Shown: piece by piece, positions 23,844 to 36,582 of the stretch
How positions within the stretch are numbered: the stretch's first letter is position 1
How the letters are laid out: each line of letters starts with the position of its first letter
From: Vitrella brassicaformis CCMP3155
Lineage: Eukaryota > Protista > Chromerida
Reading direction: 5' to 3'
DNA length: 64,000 bases
NCBI GenBank assembly: GCA_001179505.1
Contig: CDMY01000666.1
Span: 62,001 to 126,000 of the forward strand
Notes under the pieces: model-generated
Told to the model about the DNA's origin: nothing
Seen by the model: the letters and a program-made list of their open reading frames with translations, nothing else
Databases searched by the model: none
Position numbers and translations under genes: made by a program

Positions 23844-25913
23844 ATGAGCGGCCTCCGCACCACACGCATCGGCTCCAGCAGCATCCTGCCTACGACCGAA
23901 GGCTCTCGGGGTCTGGGCGAGTCAAGCGAAGTCATCACGCAGGAGGACCACGCCGAGTAAGGGGGGAGGGAGAGATGGGAGCTTTGGGTGCTGTACGCTG
24001 AATCGTCCTCCCTTCTGCAGTGTCAAGGAGGTCAAGACCTTTGTCAAGGGGTACCAGGGAGACCTCGCCATCATCCTCGTGACGGGAGCACCAGGGTAGG
24101 CAGCGAGTGGCTACTTGGCATTCTGTCAAGTGTGGGCCTTTGATGTGTTTGTTCAGCGTGGGCAAGTCGACTCTGTGCAACCACATGCGTAGTATCATGA
24201 ACGCCAAGGGCCCGTGTGACAACTATGTCTCGGTACACCCACGGCCAAGCCACACACATCGTTGTATGTCTGTCTGTCTGTCTGTCTGCCTACTGCTGTG
24301 CGTCCGTCGCTTCCTTCGGCTGCAGTATACCCGTACGCGCCCCGGTAGCCACTCCGGCAGCGTCACTTCCCTGTTCGAGACGTACACACTCGGCGGCAAT
24401 GAGCGCGTCTGTCTGCAGGACGGCAAAGGTATGTGATGCGTGCTTGCGAAGAACTGATGCCTCCAGCTCTCCTGTGTGTCTGTGTGTGTGTCCGTGCGTG
24501 TGAGTGTAGGTCTGGAGGATGGTGATTTGGGTTTGCTGGAGCTGGCCATCACGGGTCGGCTGATGAACAACTTCGACATGACGGTCAGCATGGACGCCAT
24601 CAAGGAGGCTCAGGCCAAGAGGGGGGCCAATAAGCGGCTCACCGAAGAGGACAAGAAAATCCTCGACCGCCTGCGGTGAGTAGCACCCACAAACGATGGC
24701 CCATTCATTTGGCACGTTCATCTTGATGTGTGGGTGGGTGTGTTGGTGTGTGGGTCGCTTTCTTTCTTCACGCAGGTCGGGGAACGACGATGATCCTGAG
24801 CTGGAGCGTTTCCGTCCCAAGGCCGTGTTCGTGGTGCTCGATGCGACGGCCCTGGGCGACCGAGAGGGCGAGGCCATGGTCAGGTACCGTGACATGGTCG
24901 AGAAGATCCACGGTAAGTCGGTCACATGCGGAAGAGAATGTGAGTGGTCTGCTCATCTCATCTTTCTCGCCCGTGTACTTGTGTGTCATTCCTCGTGTGT
25001 GTGTGTATGTGTGTGTGAGCAGAGCACGAGATCAAGGTCTGCATCATTCTCAACAAGTGCGACGGGGTCATCGGGGACCTCGAGGAGCGCAGGGCCATCT
25101 GGAACGACCCCGTCTCTCTCCTGGACAGACCTGAGGTGGAGAGGCTGATCGAGGAGGTCTCGGAGGACCTGGGGTGAGTGAGCACAAAAGAGGCGTGAGT
25201 GAGTGCTTAGTCGACCTGTCTGTCATATGTCTGTGTCGTGACATGCAGCGTGGAGCCTTTCGACGTGTATCCGATGCTTGCTAAGCCCAAGAGGAAGGAA
25301 CTCAGCCCCGCACACAGCCTGCTCGTCATTCGACCGTTTGGCTTCATCCTCAGCGAGCTCAAGAAATGCGCTAGAGAGTGAGCATGCATAAGACACACAC
25401 GCATATGGGGTGCAATGGATGTGCCTCCGCTGTCTACAACGTATGTAATCCATGCAGAAGCGTGCACGACCCACAGGAGTGCGCCCCCGTGGCCGACGAC
25501 GAGTCCGACGACGAGGACGTAAGCTGATACGCACACTCGGGACACACGTCGTGTGCGCACTACTTTCTGCACGTATGTATGTCTGTGTGCTGCATCTCAA
25601 GTAGGGAGAGGTCGTCTCGTCTGATCAGCCGACCAAAGACGCGAGCGGCCAAGACAACCAACGCATTTTTGACCATCGCAGTTTCATTGACGTGTGCACT
25701 GTGGTGCTTGTCTTCTCTGCTTTCGTGCTGGCATTGCCACTGATCTTTTCCTGCGCTGCTGTCTACCGCTGGATGCACATGAACCGTGATGATGGTGCTG
25801 GGGGGCGGGCGAGCGCGATGCACAGCGTGACTTATCCCTTGGACGCACTGGATGAGGATGCGGCAAGGGAGATAGCACGCAATGGGCGCTACCTGGCAGC
25901 GCCACCATCATGA
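23844..25913 (+). CDS. P-loop GTPase paralogue G2 (IFI44-like), C-terminal transmembrane anchor
   Basis: MSGLRTTRIG..; IILVTGAPG|VGKST; SVTSLFETY; CLQDGKG; KAVFVVLDAT; IILNKCD; acidic exon; last exon with VCTVVLVFSAFVLALPLIFSCAAVY and DAAREIARNGRYLAAPPS*. All splice phases are compatible. Confidence 0.85.
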
Positions 25914-26853
25914 ATGGAGGCTAGGTAGGAGGATGTGTGTGAGTGTGCTTTTGGGATGATGGCACCATTGTGTCTTGTCTGGATGGGCGGACGACACGAG
26001 ACTCAGAGAGTGCTGTCGGACAGATACGTTTTTGTGTTTTTCCGTCCTTGCCGTGTTCATGCCTGCACGATCATCGCTGGTGCGTGGTCCTTCTGATGTG
26101 TGGTTGTACTAATGTGTACGTCAGCCTGAGTTGGTCTTCCTGTCTGTCTGTCTGTCTGCCAGTGGTGAGTGAGTGAGTGATCGACGCAACGCGAGAATCG
26201 AGAATAATCGTTTTTCGTGGGCGACAAGAGAGATGTGGGTGGGTGGGTGCATGCAGTGTGACGACAGTCCTTTTTCGTGAGCAGTAGATGTGTGTGCGGA
26301 CTTTCATACCATGTGTGTGCCTTATCTCAATGGAATTTTGTAACACTCCCGTGGTCAGTCGCAGCACAAAAATGATTCAACATTCCGCATCAACCACCAC
26401 ACACGCCATCCATCCCGTCAGCCATAATCAGCTCTCGGGCTGGCCGGCCGTGACGCCACAACGAGTCACTGTGGATGTGTCGCGGGTTTGTGCACACGTG
26501 ATCATGAGTCGACGATCCTCAGAGAGAGAGAGAGCTATGCTTCATGCAGATCGAGTTATCGGACATGGCCATCATAGTGTCAAACACGCAACACGTCAAG
26601 ATATAAATGAGGTCAGCACTTTTCGGCTTGGTGTAAGCACTTTACCGAAAATTACTGCAGGCACGCCAACCCACACGTATCGTGAGCCTCTTGCGTCTTG
26701 CAGCTGTCGACCATCCCCTCTCATGTACGCCGGGCAGTCAACGCTACGCAACGGGAGAGGCTTTGTCATGAACCAGCTCCATCTGTCCAGCAATTGGCTC
26801 ACCTACCTACCCACCCCCTCACCCACCCTCCCACCCACACACGCAGGCAGCCA

Positions 26854-28988
26854 TCAAGCCGCACACCACAAACGGGCCCCGACCTTCTGGTGGTTTCTGC
26901 GCCTCTCTTCACTGACGGCTGTCTCCGCGATCCTATCAAAAAAGTGACGCGGCAAGTCCGCCATGTGGAGCGTACCATCCCTGTTCCTCCTGATCACGTG
27001 ATCGTAGACAGGGCCGTGTGGCCACGCCCGGCTGATGTCCTTCGCGACGTTGAGTGGGATGCCCGGCTGGCTGTCTGGCTTGGTCGTCCACACGGTCACG
27101 AACCAGATGGGAAGGCACGCGTAGGGGCACTGAGCCAACGACTCAGTGTCCACCGCACCATCCGACAGACCCAGGGCTTCCGCGTGCGCCGTGAAGCCTG
27201 ATCCACGGACACATCACAGACGTGCAGCGAGGAACACTCGTGTCTCCGCCTGGCTTTGTGGGTGCGTCTTTCAGAGTACCCGACCTGAGAGGATTGCTTG
27301 TGAGAAGGCCCTTATTTCTGTACGAGACGTATAGTCCCGGCAGATGACGATGCCCATCAAGTGGTCAGGATTGTCCGTCAGGACTTCCAGACAGACGCCC
27401 TGCTTCACAAAGGCCTCCTTGAGGTGCGGCGTCAGGGCCTCGAGAAACGTCAGTTGGGACTCGGTCTGCACAATCGTACATATTCACCGACACGCACAAG
27501 CAAAGGTGTGACTATACACACATACATAGCGCCGATGCACTGACCGGCCCATTTGCTCCGTTTGCATAGTGCAGCCCCAATCGCCACGTCTGACTTCCCC
27601 CTTCGACCCTCTCGCCGCCGTCTCTCTCGGGCAGCGTGAGGGAAGCAGGCGATGGGAAAGCTGAAATGCTCTCCTCTGAGGCCTTCGCACACAGACACAC
27701 AAGGCAGGAGAGACGCAGTCCCCATGAGGGATTTGTTGCCACGACCTTGGGTCGGTAGGCTTCCAACTGGGGATCATCGTCATCCCCGGACCTGATGAAA
27801 CCACACATCGGACACACATCAGCGATCTGTGCACAGAGAAAACATCACACTGCGCACACATTGCCCTACCGCAAGAGTGACATCGCGTTCTCCTCCTCCC
27901 TGGTGAGCTTCTTTCCCAGGCCTTTGTTGAAATACATGTCCTTGATTCCTTCACAGCCGAGCTTCATGTTGAAGTTGTCTTTCATCCGGCCCTCCAAGTT
28001 CAGCTTCAGCAAACCCAAATCGCCATCCTCGATCTCCAGCCCTGCATACACACAGAGGCAGGCAGACATGCGTGCATTGTGATGATATGAGGGGTGCGTA
28101 AGACCCATATACGTCACGTACCTTTGCCGTCCTGCAGGGACACGTACTTGATGCTCACAAGTGGTGTGAAGGTCCGCGCATCACGTCGCCACGTCGTCTG
28201 AGCCCTCCCGCAGTTGTCCAGATGCGCATCATGCCTCGCCGCCAGGGAACCATTGGCAGAGGACGCTGGGATGCTCTCCTCTGGAGCCTGAGCACACACA
28301 CAGACAAGCACGAGAGAGATTCAGTTGCCAGCAACCAAGCAGGAGCCCAGCCTACCATTGCCACACCCGTCTTGGGCTCGGCCTCCGGCTGGACTTGTGT
28401 GATGGCGAAGCCCACGGGCATGGCAATTGAGTTGTTGGGGCTGCCGAGGAAGTCGAGGATGTCGATCGCGAGCGGCCCCTGCCTGCCCTTCAAGTAGTAC
28501 TGGCCCACATAGCGGTCGATGCAGTGCTCGCGGCTCGGGAGCCTGTCGTTGTACTCCCAGTTGTCGCCACACTTGTACTTGTACTTCAGCATGCAATCGT
28601 CAGGTAGGGTGACCGTGATCTCCTTCTGCCACATGAAGCCACTGGTAGCACAACAACACACACACACATAATTGGGCAATGTAGATGTGAGGTCGTCCTT
28701 ACTTGAGGCAGCGATGTTTCTCCTTCTCGGTAAAGGTGGCCTCCTTGGTCTGCTCATCCCAGTTGCCTGCACACAGCCGCACACAAAGCACACATTCCGC
28801 CTGTCCCCTCTCCCGAATTTTGGCATAGCTTCTCGTCGCACCCAGCTCAGGGCAGTTACCGCGAATGCAGAGGGGAGGGGGGTGCTGTTCCTGTGGCGTT
28901 TGTCAGGGTCGGTAAGGTGATTCTCAAATCCGGGAAGGAAGACGCGAAACCTCAACATCACCTTGTTGGCGGAAAGCTGGCCTCCCAT
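26854..28988 (-). CDS. C2: CBM20-like + alpha/beta-domain paralogue, chimeric (carries GTPase exons) and with an apparent frameshift in exon 1
   Basis: MGGQLSANKVMLRFRVFLP. The conserved LCIRGNCPELG motif is in a shifted frame after the G6 run at 28877-28882. Then GNWD..CLN|GFMWQKEI..LKYKY..WEY..SREH; C-domain WRLGLHYANG, GIVICRD, LPIWFVTVW, QPGIP, AWPHGPVYDHV. Confidence 0.7.
27745..28150 (-). other. GTPase-gene fragment (exons and introns) inserted inside C2, near-identical to G4 at about 32640-33035
   Basis: Encodes SLQDGK|GLEIEDGDLGLLKLNLEGRMKDNFNMKLGCEGIKDMYFNKGLGKKLTREEENAMSLLR|SGDDDDPQLEAYRP. Intron sequences are also shared with G4. Confidence 0.9.
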
Positions 28989-29061
28989 GCTTTCGTCCCC
29001 TTCCAGTACAGTGTATCAAGGGCGGCGTAAATTTGTCCCTTGCCGTTTGCGCAGATCAAGA

Positions 29062-31056
29062 ATGAGCGGCCCCCGCACGACACGCATCGGCTTCAGCAGC
29101 ATCCTGCCTACGACCGGAGGCTCTCGGGGTCTGGGCGACACGACCGATGCCATAACTCAGCAGGACAACGCATTGTGAGACCTCGGGAGGACAAAACGAG
29201 GGACACACACACACAGACACGCACACAGTGTCGTTTCGGTGGCGCAGGTTGAGGGATGTCAGGCGATTCGTCAGGGGGTACAAGGGCAAGCGTGTCATCA
29301 TCCTGTTGACCGGAGTGCCAGGGTAGCACACAGGAAGGACATCGTCCTATTTCTTGTGGTGGTCTTTCCTTTGTTCATTCAGCGTCGGCAAGACGACACT
29401 GTGCAACCACATCCGCAGTATAATGAACGCCAAGGGCCCGTACGACAACTATATCGCGGTAAGCGGCTCGCTCACCCTGTCAGTCACATCCTCCTTCGGC
29501 TGCAGTATTCCCGCACGGCTCCCGGCAGCCACTCAGGCAGCGTCACGGGCCTGTTCGAGACGTGGATGCTGGGCGGCAACGGGCGCGTCTGTCTGCAGGA
29601 CGGCAAAGGTATGCATGCAGTCCAATCGTTGTAGTCGCTCAGTCAGTCATCATGCCTTTCGCCGCCTTCATCGCGATCTTCTCTCTCTCGCTCTCTCTGT
29701 CTCTCTCTCTGTGTGTGTGTGTGCATGTGCAGGTCTTGACGAAGGCGACACGGACCTGCTGGATCTTGCCGTCACGGGCCGCCTGAGAAATGGGTATGAC
29801 ATGACGACTCCGATGGACAAGATCAAGGAGGTGCTGGCCAAGAAGGGCATGGGAAGGACGCTCACAGAGGAGGAAAAGAAGACCCTCGATCACCTGCGGT
29901 AGGCCTGGCCAGGCTGAATGTCTACACACGTTGTAAATCTAGTCATTCGACTCTGTGTGTGTGTGTGTGTGCTTGTTTTTCATTCAGGATGGGTGCTGAC
30001 GATGATCCCGAGTTGGAGTGTTTCCGTCCCAGTGCCGTGTTCGTGGTACTCGATGCGACGGCCATTGGTGACCGAGACGGCGTGACCATGGTCAAGTATT
30101 GTGACATGATCGAAGTCATCCACAGTTAGTAACGGCACAGTGGAGAAACTCGTTGCTGTGTCTTTCTGTCTCGTGTCTTGCCTTGTGTGCGTATGTGTGT
30201 GTATGTGTGTGTATGCAGAGCACAAGGTAAAGCTTTGCATCATTCTCAACAAATGTGACAAGCTCATCGACGACCCCAAGGAGCGCGACGCCATCTGGAA
30301 CGACCCCATGTCGATCCTGGAGAGACCTGAGGTGGAGAGGCTGATCGAGGAGGTCTCGGAGGACCTGGGGTGAGTGAGCACAAAAGAGGCGTGAGTGAGT
30401 GCTTAGTCGACCTGTCTGTCATATGTCTGTGTCGTGACATGCAGCGTGGAGCCTTTCGACGTGTATCCGATGCTTGCTAAGCCCAAGAGGAAGGAACTCA
30501 GCCCCGCACACAGCCTGCTCGTCATTCGACCGTTTGGCTTCATCCTCAGCGAGCTCAGGCGACGCTACAGAGAGTGAGCACGCAGCACAGCCACACCCTA
30601 CGGGCATTGCGATTGAATGCACTTTTCGTCTTATCATCCGCGTGAATGTGTGTGAATGTGTGTGTACACAGAGAGCTGTACGAACCAGGAGCGTACTCGG
30701 ACGTGGAGGACCCCGAGTCAGACGAGGAGGAGGTAAAGCGACATGACACACGCACGCGCCCATGGATGCACGCATGTCCTCTGTCTTGGACGGATTCTTC
30801 TCTCTCTGTACGTGTGTTGCCTCTCAAGTAGGGAGAAGTTGTCTTCTCTGGCACATGCCTCCTTGTTGACGTGTGCACGGCAGTGCTTGTATTCTCTGCT
30901 ATCGTGCTGGCGTTGCCATCGCCCTCCGCCTGTACTGCTATCTACCGTTGCAAAAACATCAGACGGTTCTCGGGAGGGGCGAGGGACATAGGACGCGCAA
31001 CTGAGGACACGACAGGCGAGAAACATGGATGCGTGTGTGTCCTGGCTGCCTGCTGA
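29062..31056 (+). CDS. P-loop GTPase paralogue G3 (IFI44-like), C-terminal hydrophobic anchor
   Basis: MSGPRTTRIG..; IILLTGVPG|VGKTT; SVTGLFETW; CLQDGKG; SAVFVVLDAT; IILNKCD; acidic exon; last exon VDVCTAVLVFSAIVLALPSPSACTAIY..CVCVLAAC*. Confidence 0.85.
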
Positions 31057-31917
31057 GCGATTTTTGCTGCCCGGTGGGCGAAAATCGCCCCTGTCCGCTC
31101 CCGATATACATGACTGACAGAACACGTGTGTGCGCGCCACAATTTTGTCGGTCACTGCGACTGGCGGCAGGAGTCTGCGCCACAAACGCGGTCAGTCGCT
31201 ACGAGAGCTTCTCTCTACGAAAGTACCACTGACGGACAGCCAATGGCTAATGTGGTTCACGCCAGAGATAGGGCTTACTCAATGCTTTACAGACACCTGT
31301 TGATGGGAGACACCGACCGATTCAATCGACAGGCGCGCACACACGGGAGACAAAACAGTGTCTTGACGTCGTCACACGCAGCACTGAGTCACACTTGCCG
31401 ACATCGGAAGGCTCTGAGACGACTGACACACACACTCGCGACAGCTAATTGATTGATGCACGTCCTGCGCCTCGGGGCGGCGCGCACACATGCAATCAAA
31501 TGGACCGTCATGAATCGACAATCATCGACCGACGACAATGCTACATGTACCAAAAAGCCCTCTTAGTAGGCCCTCTTTGTGGCCATAAATCGTGAAGGCT
31601 GGCTGAAGGAATGAATCATCACACCGCACACCAGCACGACACACGTCACGTCACGGACGTGCCGGCACGATCACATGCAGCTGGCTGGCACACAACATGC
31701 AGACAGACAGACAGACAGACAGAGTCTCCATGTATGTCATGAGAGCAGGTCACATGGACACAGGTCACACAGGCAGACAGAGTCGTGTCCCCCAGTCAGT
31801 CGCCAGCGGGGGGACAGGCACACACAGGCAGTGCAGCTCGCTACGCATGTCGTCTACCCATTGCAGCAAGGCACGGGCGATGGCGGACGAGTCCTGCACA
31901 AGGGACGAGTTACCTCC

Positions 31918-34056
31918 TCAGCAGGAGTCGTAGTCCGACTCGGGGTCGTCCTCTTCACCAGACGACATCTCATCGTCCATGTCGACCCGCTCCCTGCACG
32001 GAGGCCAACCAAGAACAGGTGCATGTGCTTGGATGCGTGCATGGCTCTGCTTTGCTGCATGCTCACTCTTCGTGCAGGCACTTGAGGTCGTCGAGGACGG
32101 ATGTGAAGGGTCGGATGACGAGCAGGCTGTGGTCGGGGTTGAGCTCCTTCCTCATGGGCTTCGAAATCATCGCGTAAACGTCCAAGAGCCCCACACTGCA
32201 CAAATGCATACACACGCAGAGCCGCGGTCGCACGTATTTCCTTTCATGCTGCCACTCCCTTTCCTTTCCTTTCCTCTCACCCCAGGGCCTCCGACACTTT
32301 CTCGCACTCCTCCGTGACCTTTGGTCTGTTGAGGATCGCCATGGGGTTGTTCATGAGGGCCTTGCGCTCCTCGGGGTCGTCGATGAGCTTGTCACATTTG
32401 TTGAGAATAATGCAAAGCTTTACCTTGTGCTCTAAATACACGCATACAGAGAAGAGGGAGAGAAACAGAGACATGAAGCGGGCAGATGCAGCACAGGGAT
32501 GAGCACATCACAACCACGACTACGAAGCAGCCTCTCTGCACTTGATTACTTACTATTGATCTCCTCAACCATCTTGCGGTAATTTTCGAGGCCACTCTCA
32601 CTCGTGGCAGCCGCATCGATGACCAGGAACACAACGTTGGGTCGGTAGGCTTCCAACTGGGGATCATCGTCATCCCCCGACCTGATGAAACCAAACCACA
32701 CATCGGACACACATCAGCGATCTGTGAGCGGAGAGAACATGACACTGCGCACACATTGCCCTACCGCAAGAGTGACATCGCGTTCTCCTCCTCCCTGGTG
32801 AGCTTCTTTCCCAGGCCTTTGTTGAAATACATGTCCTTGATTCCTTCACAGCCGAGCTTCATGTTGAAGCTGTTTTTCATCCGGCCCTCCATGGCCAGCT
32901 TCAGCAAACCCTCATCGCCACCGCCGATCTCCAGCCCTGTATACACACAGAGGCAGGCACACATGCGTGCATTGTGATGATATGAGAGGTGCGTAACACC
33001 CATATACGTCACGTACCTTTGCCGTCCTGCAGACATACGCGCTCGTTGCCGCCCAGCATGTACGTCTCAAACAGGGAAGTGACGCTGCCGGAGTGGCTGC
33101 CGGGAGCCGTGTGGGAATACTGCACACCCACACAACGCCACTAGGAAAGTGGAGGGCTTGCACTGGTTGCTCACTTCCACATATCGGCCGTGCGAGCCCT
33201 TGGCGCTCATGATGGATCGGCTGTGGTTGCAGAATGTCGTCTTGCCGACGCTGAATGAAGACAGCAAACAGTGTTTCAAAATGTGTGCGCCAGGCAATCA
33301 TCTTTATGCATCATACCCTGGCTCGCCAGTCACTATAATTTTGAGAGGCTTGCCCTTGTAGTCCCTGATGGAGCGCTTTTTCTCCTTCAACCTGCAGCCA
33401 CCAAAGAAAGGAACACAAGCCCAACATATACGTCTGGGGGGGGGAGCCACTATCACCTGAGACGTATGGGTGGGGATATCAGCGGGTCACGTGCCTGCAT
33501 CACCAGCCAGTCATACACAAGAGATGATATTGTGCAGAAGTGATTGAGTGTCGTGGAACTCGTGATGTACATGTGCCGACCATAGGAGCATCGTCGTCGG
33601 AGTCTTCCGCCATCGCCACATCCCCATCAGACACATGATTCATTAGCCCACTGCATAGAAAAATAAGCACACACCCACTACATTATCGCTAATCTCGCCA
33701 CTCTCTTCATCCCACCCACTTCTGCACGTGAGCGAAAACTATGATCTTGTCTTTGGCAGCGACCGGCAGCGGGCGGAGGAAGCCGTTGATCTCCACGGCA
33801 TACCCGCCATGGCCATCTCCATAGACAAAATGGCCGTCGAGCAAACCAACAACTCTCGGGGGCAAGCCTGGCTCCTGAATGACACACCATTCAGAACAGA
33901 CAGACCAGACAGGCAGGCATCAGAGACCGACAATCACCGTCGATGTATTTGCCTTTCTGTCTCAGTAGTGGTCACCTGTGCTGAATAGCCTGACGACGAT
34001 GGGGCTCTGCCGTCGCTGCCGGGCGGCCTGACCTCCTGATAGGCAGCATTCTCCAT
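31918..34056 (-). CDS. P-loop GTPase paralogue G4 (IFI44-like), shares the G1 N-terminal module; ends at the acidic exon; 5' end may extend to about 34380
   Basis: MENAAYQEVRPPGSDGR; EPGLPPRVVGLLDGHFVYGDGHGGYAVEING; IIVTGEPG|VGKTT; SVTSLFETY; CLQDGKG; NVVFLVIDAA; IILNKCD; ELNPDHSLLVIRPF; ..EDDPESDYDSC* (TGA 31918-31920). Confidence 0.8.
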
Positions 34057-34585
34057 CAGTGTGTAACGCTGCCTCCCACGAGCAACGCAATAACGAGACC
34101 TGCGGGAAGCACAGGAAGCGACACTGTCAGGCGGGAAATGGGCTGTGTCTGCGCTGCACCTGGTGAACGCAGATGTGCCGGGACCGACGAACCCCAGTGG
34201 CGGCGGCTGTGTTGTGAGTGTGAGCGCACTCTGCCGCAGCTGCTGTTGTCGCGGCTGCTCGTGTGTCAGCTGCTCAGCCTCTCGCGGAGAGGGCGACAGC
34301 TCGATGTGCGGCGGCAAGGAACGGAGCGAGGGAGCATAGGCCTCAAATATTTCGCGGCCCCCCCCCCCCTCAGACATCAATTACGCACAGGCGAAGTTTA
34401 CGGGTACAGTGTACGCCGACTTCGCCACGGAAGACAGTTTGAAGGGTCGCGCTGACGACTTCGACGGCGCCGACTCGTGGGCGGGCAGAAGCAATGGCGT
34501 CACAGTGCTGTACATGCATGTCACAAATGCTGTTGTGCTTGTGCGGATGGCAGGCCCGCAGGATGGCGCGTGACAGGCCTCCACG

Positions 34586-36160
34586 ATGAGCGGAGCCCCC
34601 TCCACGATGAGCGGCGGACACCCGGTCCCCCCCGGGCTCGTCGTCAATGCGGAGGGCCCGAATGGGCAGCCGCAGACGTCGTCGTACGGAGGGGATCAGT
34701 GGCCACACGAGCCAGATGGACAGATGGGCGCCTCCGCTCCCTCTGCCTCCCAGCACACGAACCCCCCCAACCTAGACAACGCCGATGCGTTGCAGCTGCA
34801 GAGCCTGGACGCCTCCGAGATGTCCCAGCTGATTCAACAGGGGGGCGGGCCACACCAGATGATGATCCGACATCAGTCGCAACAGCACCCGATGTTCAAT
34901 GCATGGCTGCTGGCAGGGCTGAATATGATGGTGAGGGAAAGAAGTCCATTTTCCGTATGTATGTGCGTGTCATTTTCTTACCGCAGGAAGACGCCCAAAT
35001 GCAGTTCATGGCTTCGACGGTGGCCCAGCAATCGGCCATCGCTCCCACAGTGGCCACACCCACAGCCGAGCCCACAGCCTCCCATCAGACGTCGATGGCC
35101 CCATCATCCGTCGGTCGTCGGAGGAGTAGCAGCAGGCGACGTCGACAGGCTCCCCAAGCACTGCTGCAGCAGGCGGCGATGCAGGTATGGGCTGCATGCT
35201 TTGCATCGGTCACGTGTCATGATTCTGGTACCCTGTCTGCAGAACACAGAGTCCGTCTATTCTGGGGCGGGGTCGCCTCAGGTGGCTACCGACTGGCCCA
35301 CTTTTATCATGTCACTCTCTGGTGAGTACAACCATCGCATGTCTTTCATGGTCGACACGCTGTCTTCTCTTCAGATACCGGTGTCATCTCCATTCTACGC
35401 CAGTTCTGGAGCAAACTGCGAGTCGACTATGACCGTTCACACACGGACCCCGACTCACAGGACCAGGGGGATCTGCAGAGCCGCTGGGCGTGGATCGACA
35501 CATCCGATGTCATGCCTTGTCTGGAGCTTGCCCTGTCGGGCCCTGTTGATCAAGAAGGGAGGCTCGGTGCATCGAGAAGGGACGTCTATCGACCGTACTA
35601 CGACCCGATGGGCCTGTGGGAGCCTGCAGAGGACCAGACACAAGGGTGGGACCCAGACAAGCCGGCTCAGTGCTGTATACCTGTCCCCAACGAAACCCCT
35701 CGCGTCATCCCATACGTCCCTGTGGACCGCCCGACACCAGACGACAAGATGAACGTGGCCTTCTGCAGGGTGTGTGGCCACGTGGAGAGGAGGAAGGACA
35801 TTACCAGGCACATCAAGAAAAGACACAAGGAGCTCTTCGTAAGCAGACATGACGAGTTACACGTCTGCAACCGGTGTACTCGTCTGTCTTTCGTGAGACA
35901 GGCGATGCCTAGCACGCCCACGTCTGCCTGCAGCATCACCGGACAGGTAGGCGAGCACATGGTTGCCTTATGTGCTGTGTCTCTGTCCGTCCATCCCATG
36001 CATTCGTCTGCAGGGGAGCAGTCAGCCGAGCGGCCAGTGAGAAGCACACCCACGGTAGTCCACTTCTGCTACTGGCAGCGGCCACCTGTGACTGGCGATT
36101 TCTCTTCTGGTGCCTTCCCTGCACACGGCCAGGCGATGGGGCACTCAGCAGCTGAGGAGT
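34586..36160 (+). CDS. Z1: Q/P/S-rich protein with a C2H2-type zinc finger; 3' end approximate
   Basis: Low-complexity N-terminal exons, then ILRQFWSKLRVDYDR..CCIPVP..VAFCRVCGHVERRKDITRHIKKRH (C-x2-C-x11-H-x4-H). Confidence 0.65.
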
Positions 36161-36404
36161 GACGTGCGTTTTTTCGGTGTGCCACTTGTCTGTGCGCGTG
36201 GGTAACATGATTTCGACAAGTTGACGCATATAGAGTCGTGGGGGAAATAACATCGTTTGCTTGGCGTACACGTAATTTGTAACTCCCGGAGAAAGAATAT
36301 GCCGTGCACACGTGGCGTACATGACTATGTCTGTGTGCGTTTGCGTCTGTGCACAACCCCCTGTGTGCGTTTGGATCTCCAGGGGGTCATGTGTACCATG
36401 TGTC

Positions 36405-36582
36405 ATCTGTCTGTCTGTCTGGCTGGCTGTCTGTCTGTCTGGCTGTCTGGCTGTCTGGCTGTCTGGCTGTCTGTCTGTCTGGCTGTCTGGCTGTCTGTCT
36501 GGCTGTCTGGCTGTCTGGCTGTCTGGCTGTCTGTCTGTCTGTCTGTCTGTCTCTCTGGCTCTCTGGCTGTCTGTCTGTATTC
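36405..36582. repeat. Compound (CTGT)/(CTGG) microsatellite
   Basis: About 180 bp of alternating ctgt/ctgg 4-mers read directly. It generates the spurious QTDR/CLAVWLS ORFs. Confidence 0.95.

Noticed and set aside
25914-26850. 219-aa plus-strand ORF at 26288-26947 and nearby short ORFs
   Set aside because: No recognisable motifs or splice structure. It overlaps the C2 3' end antisense and looks like UTR/intergenic sequence.
28155-28988. 277-aa continuous ORF as an intronless C2 N-terminus
   Set aside because: It reads through GT-repeat introns and misses the conserved GNCPELG/GNWD motifs, which are in another frame. Exon structure matches C1 and C3.
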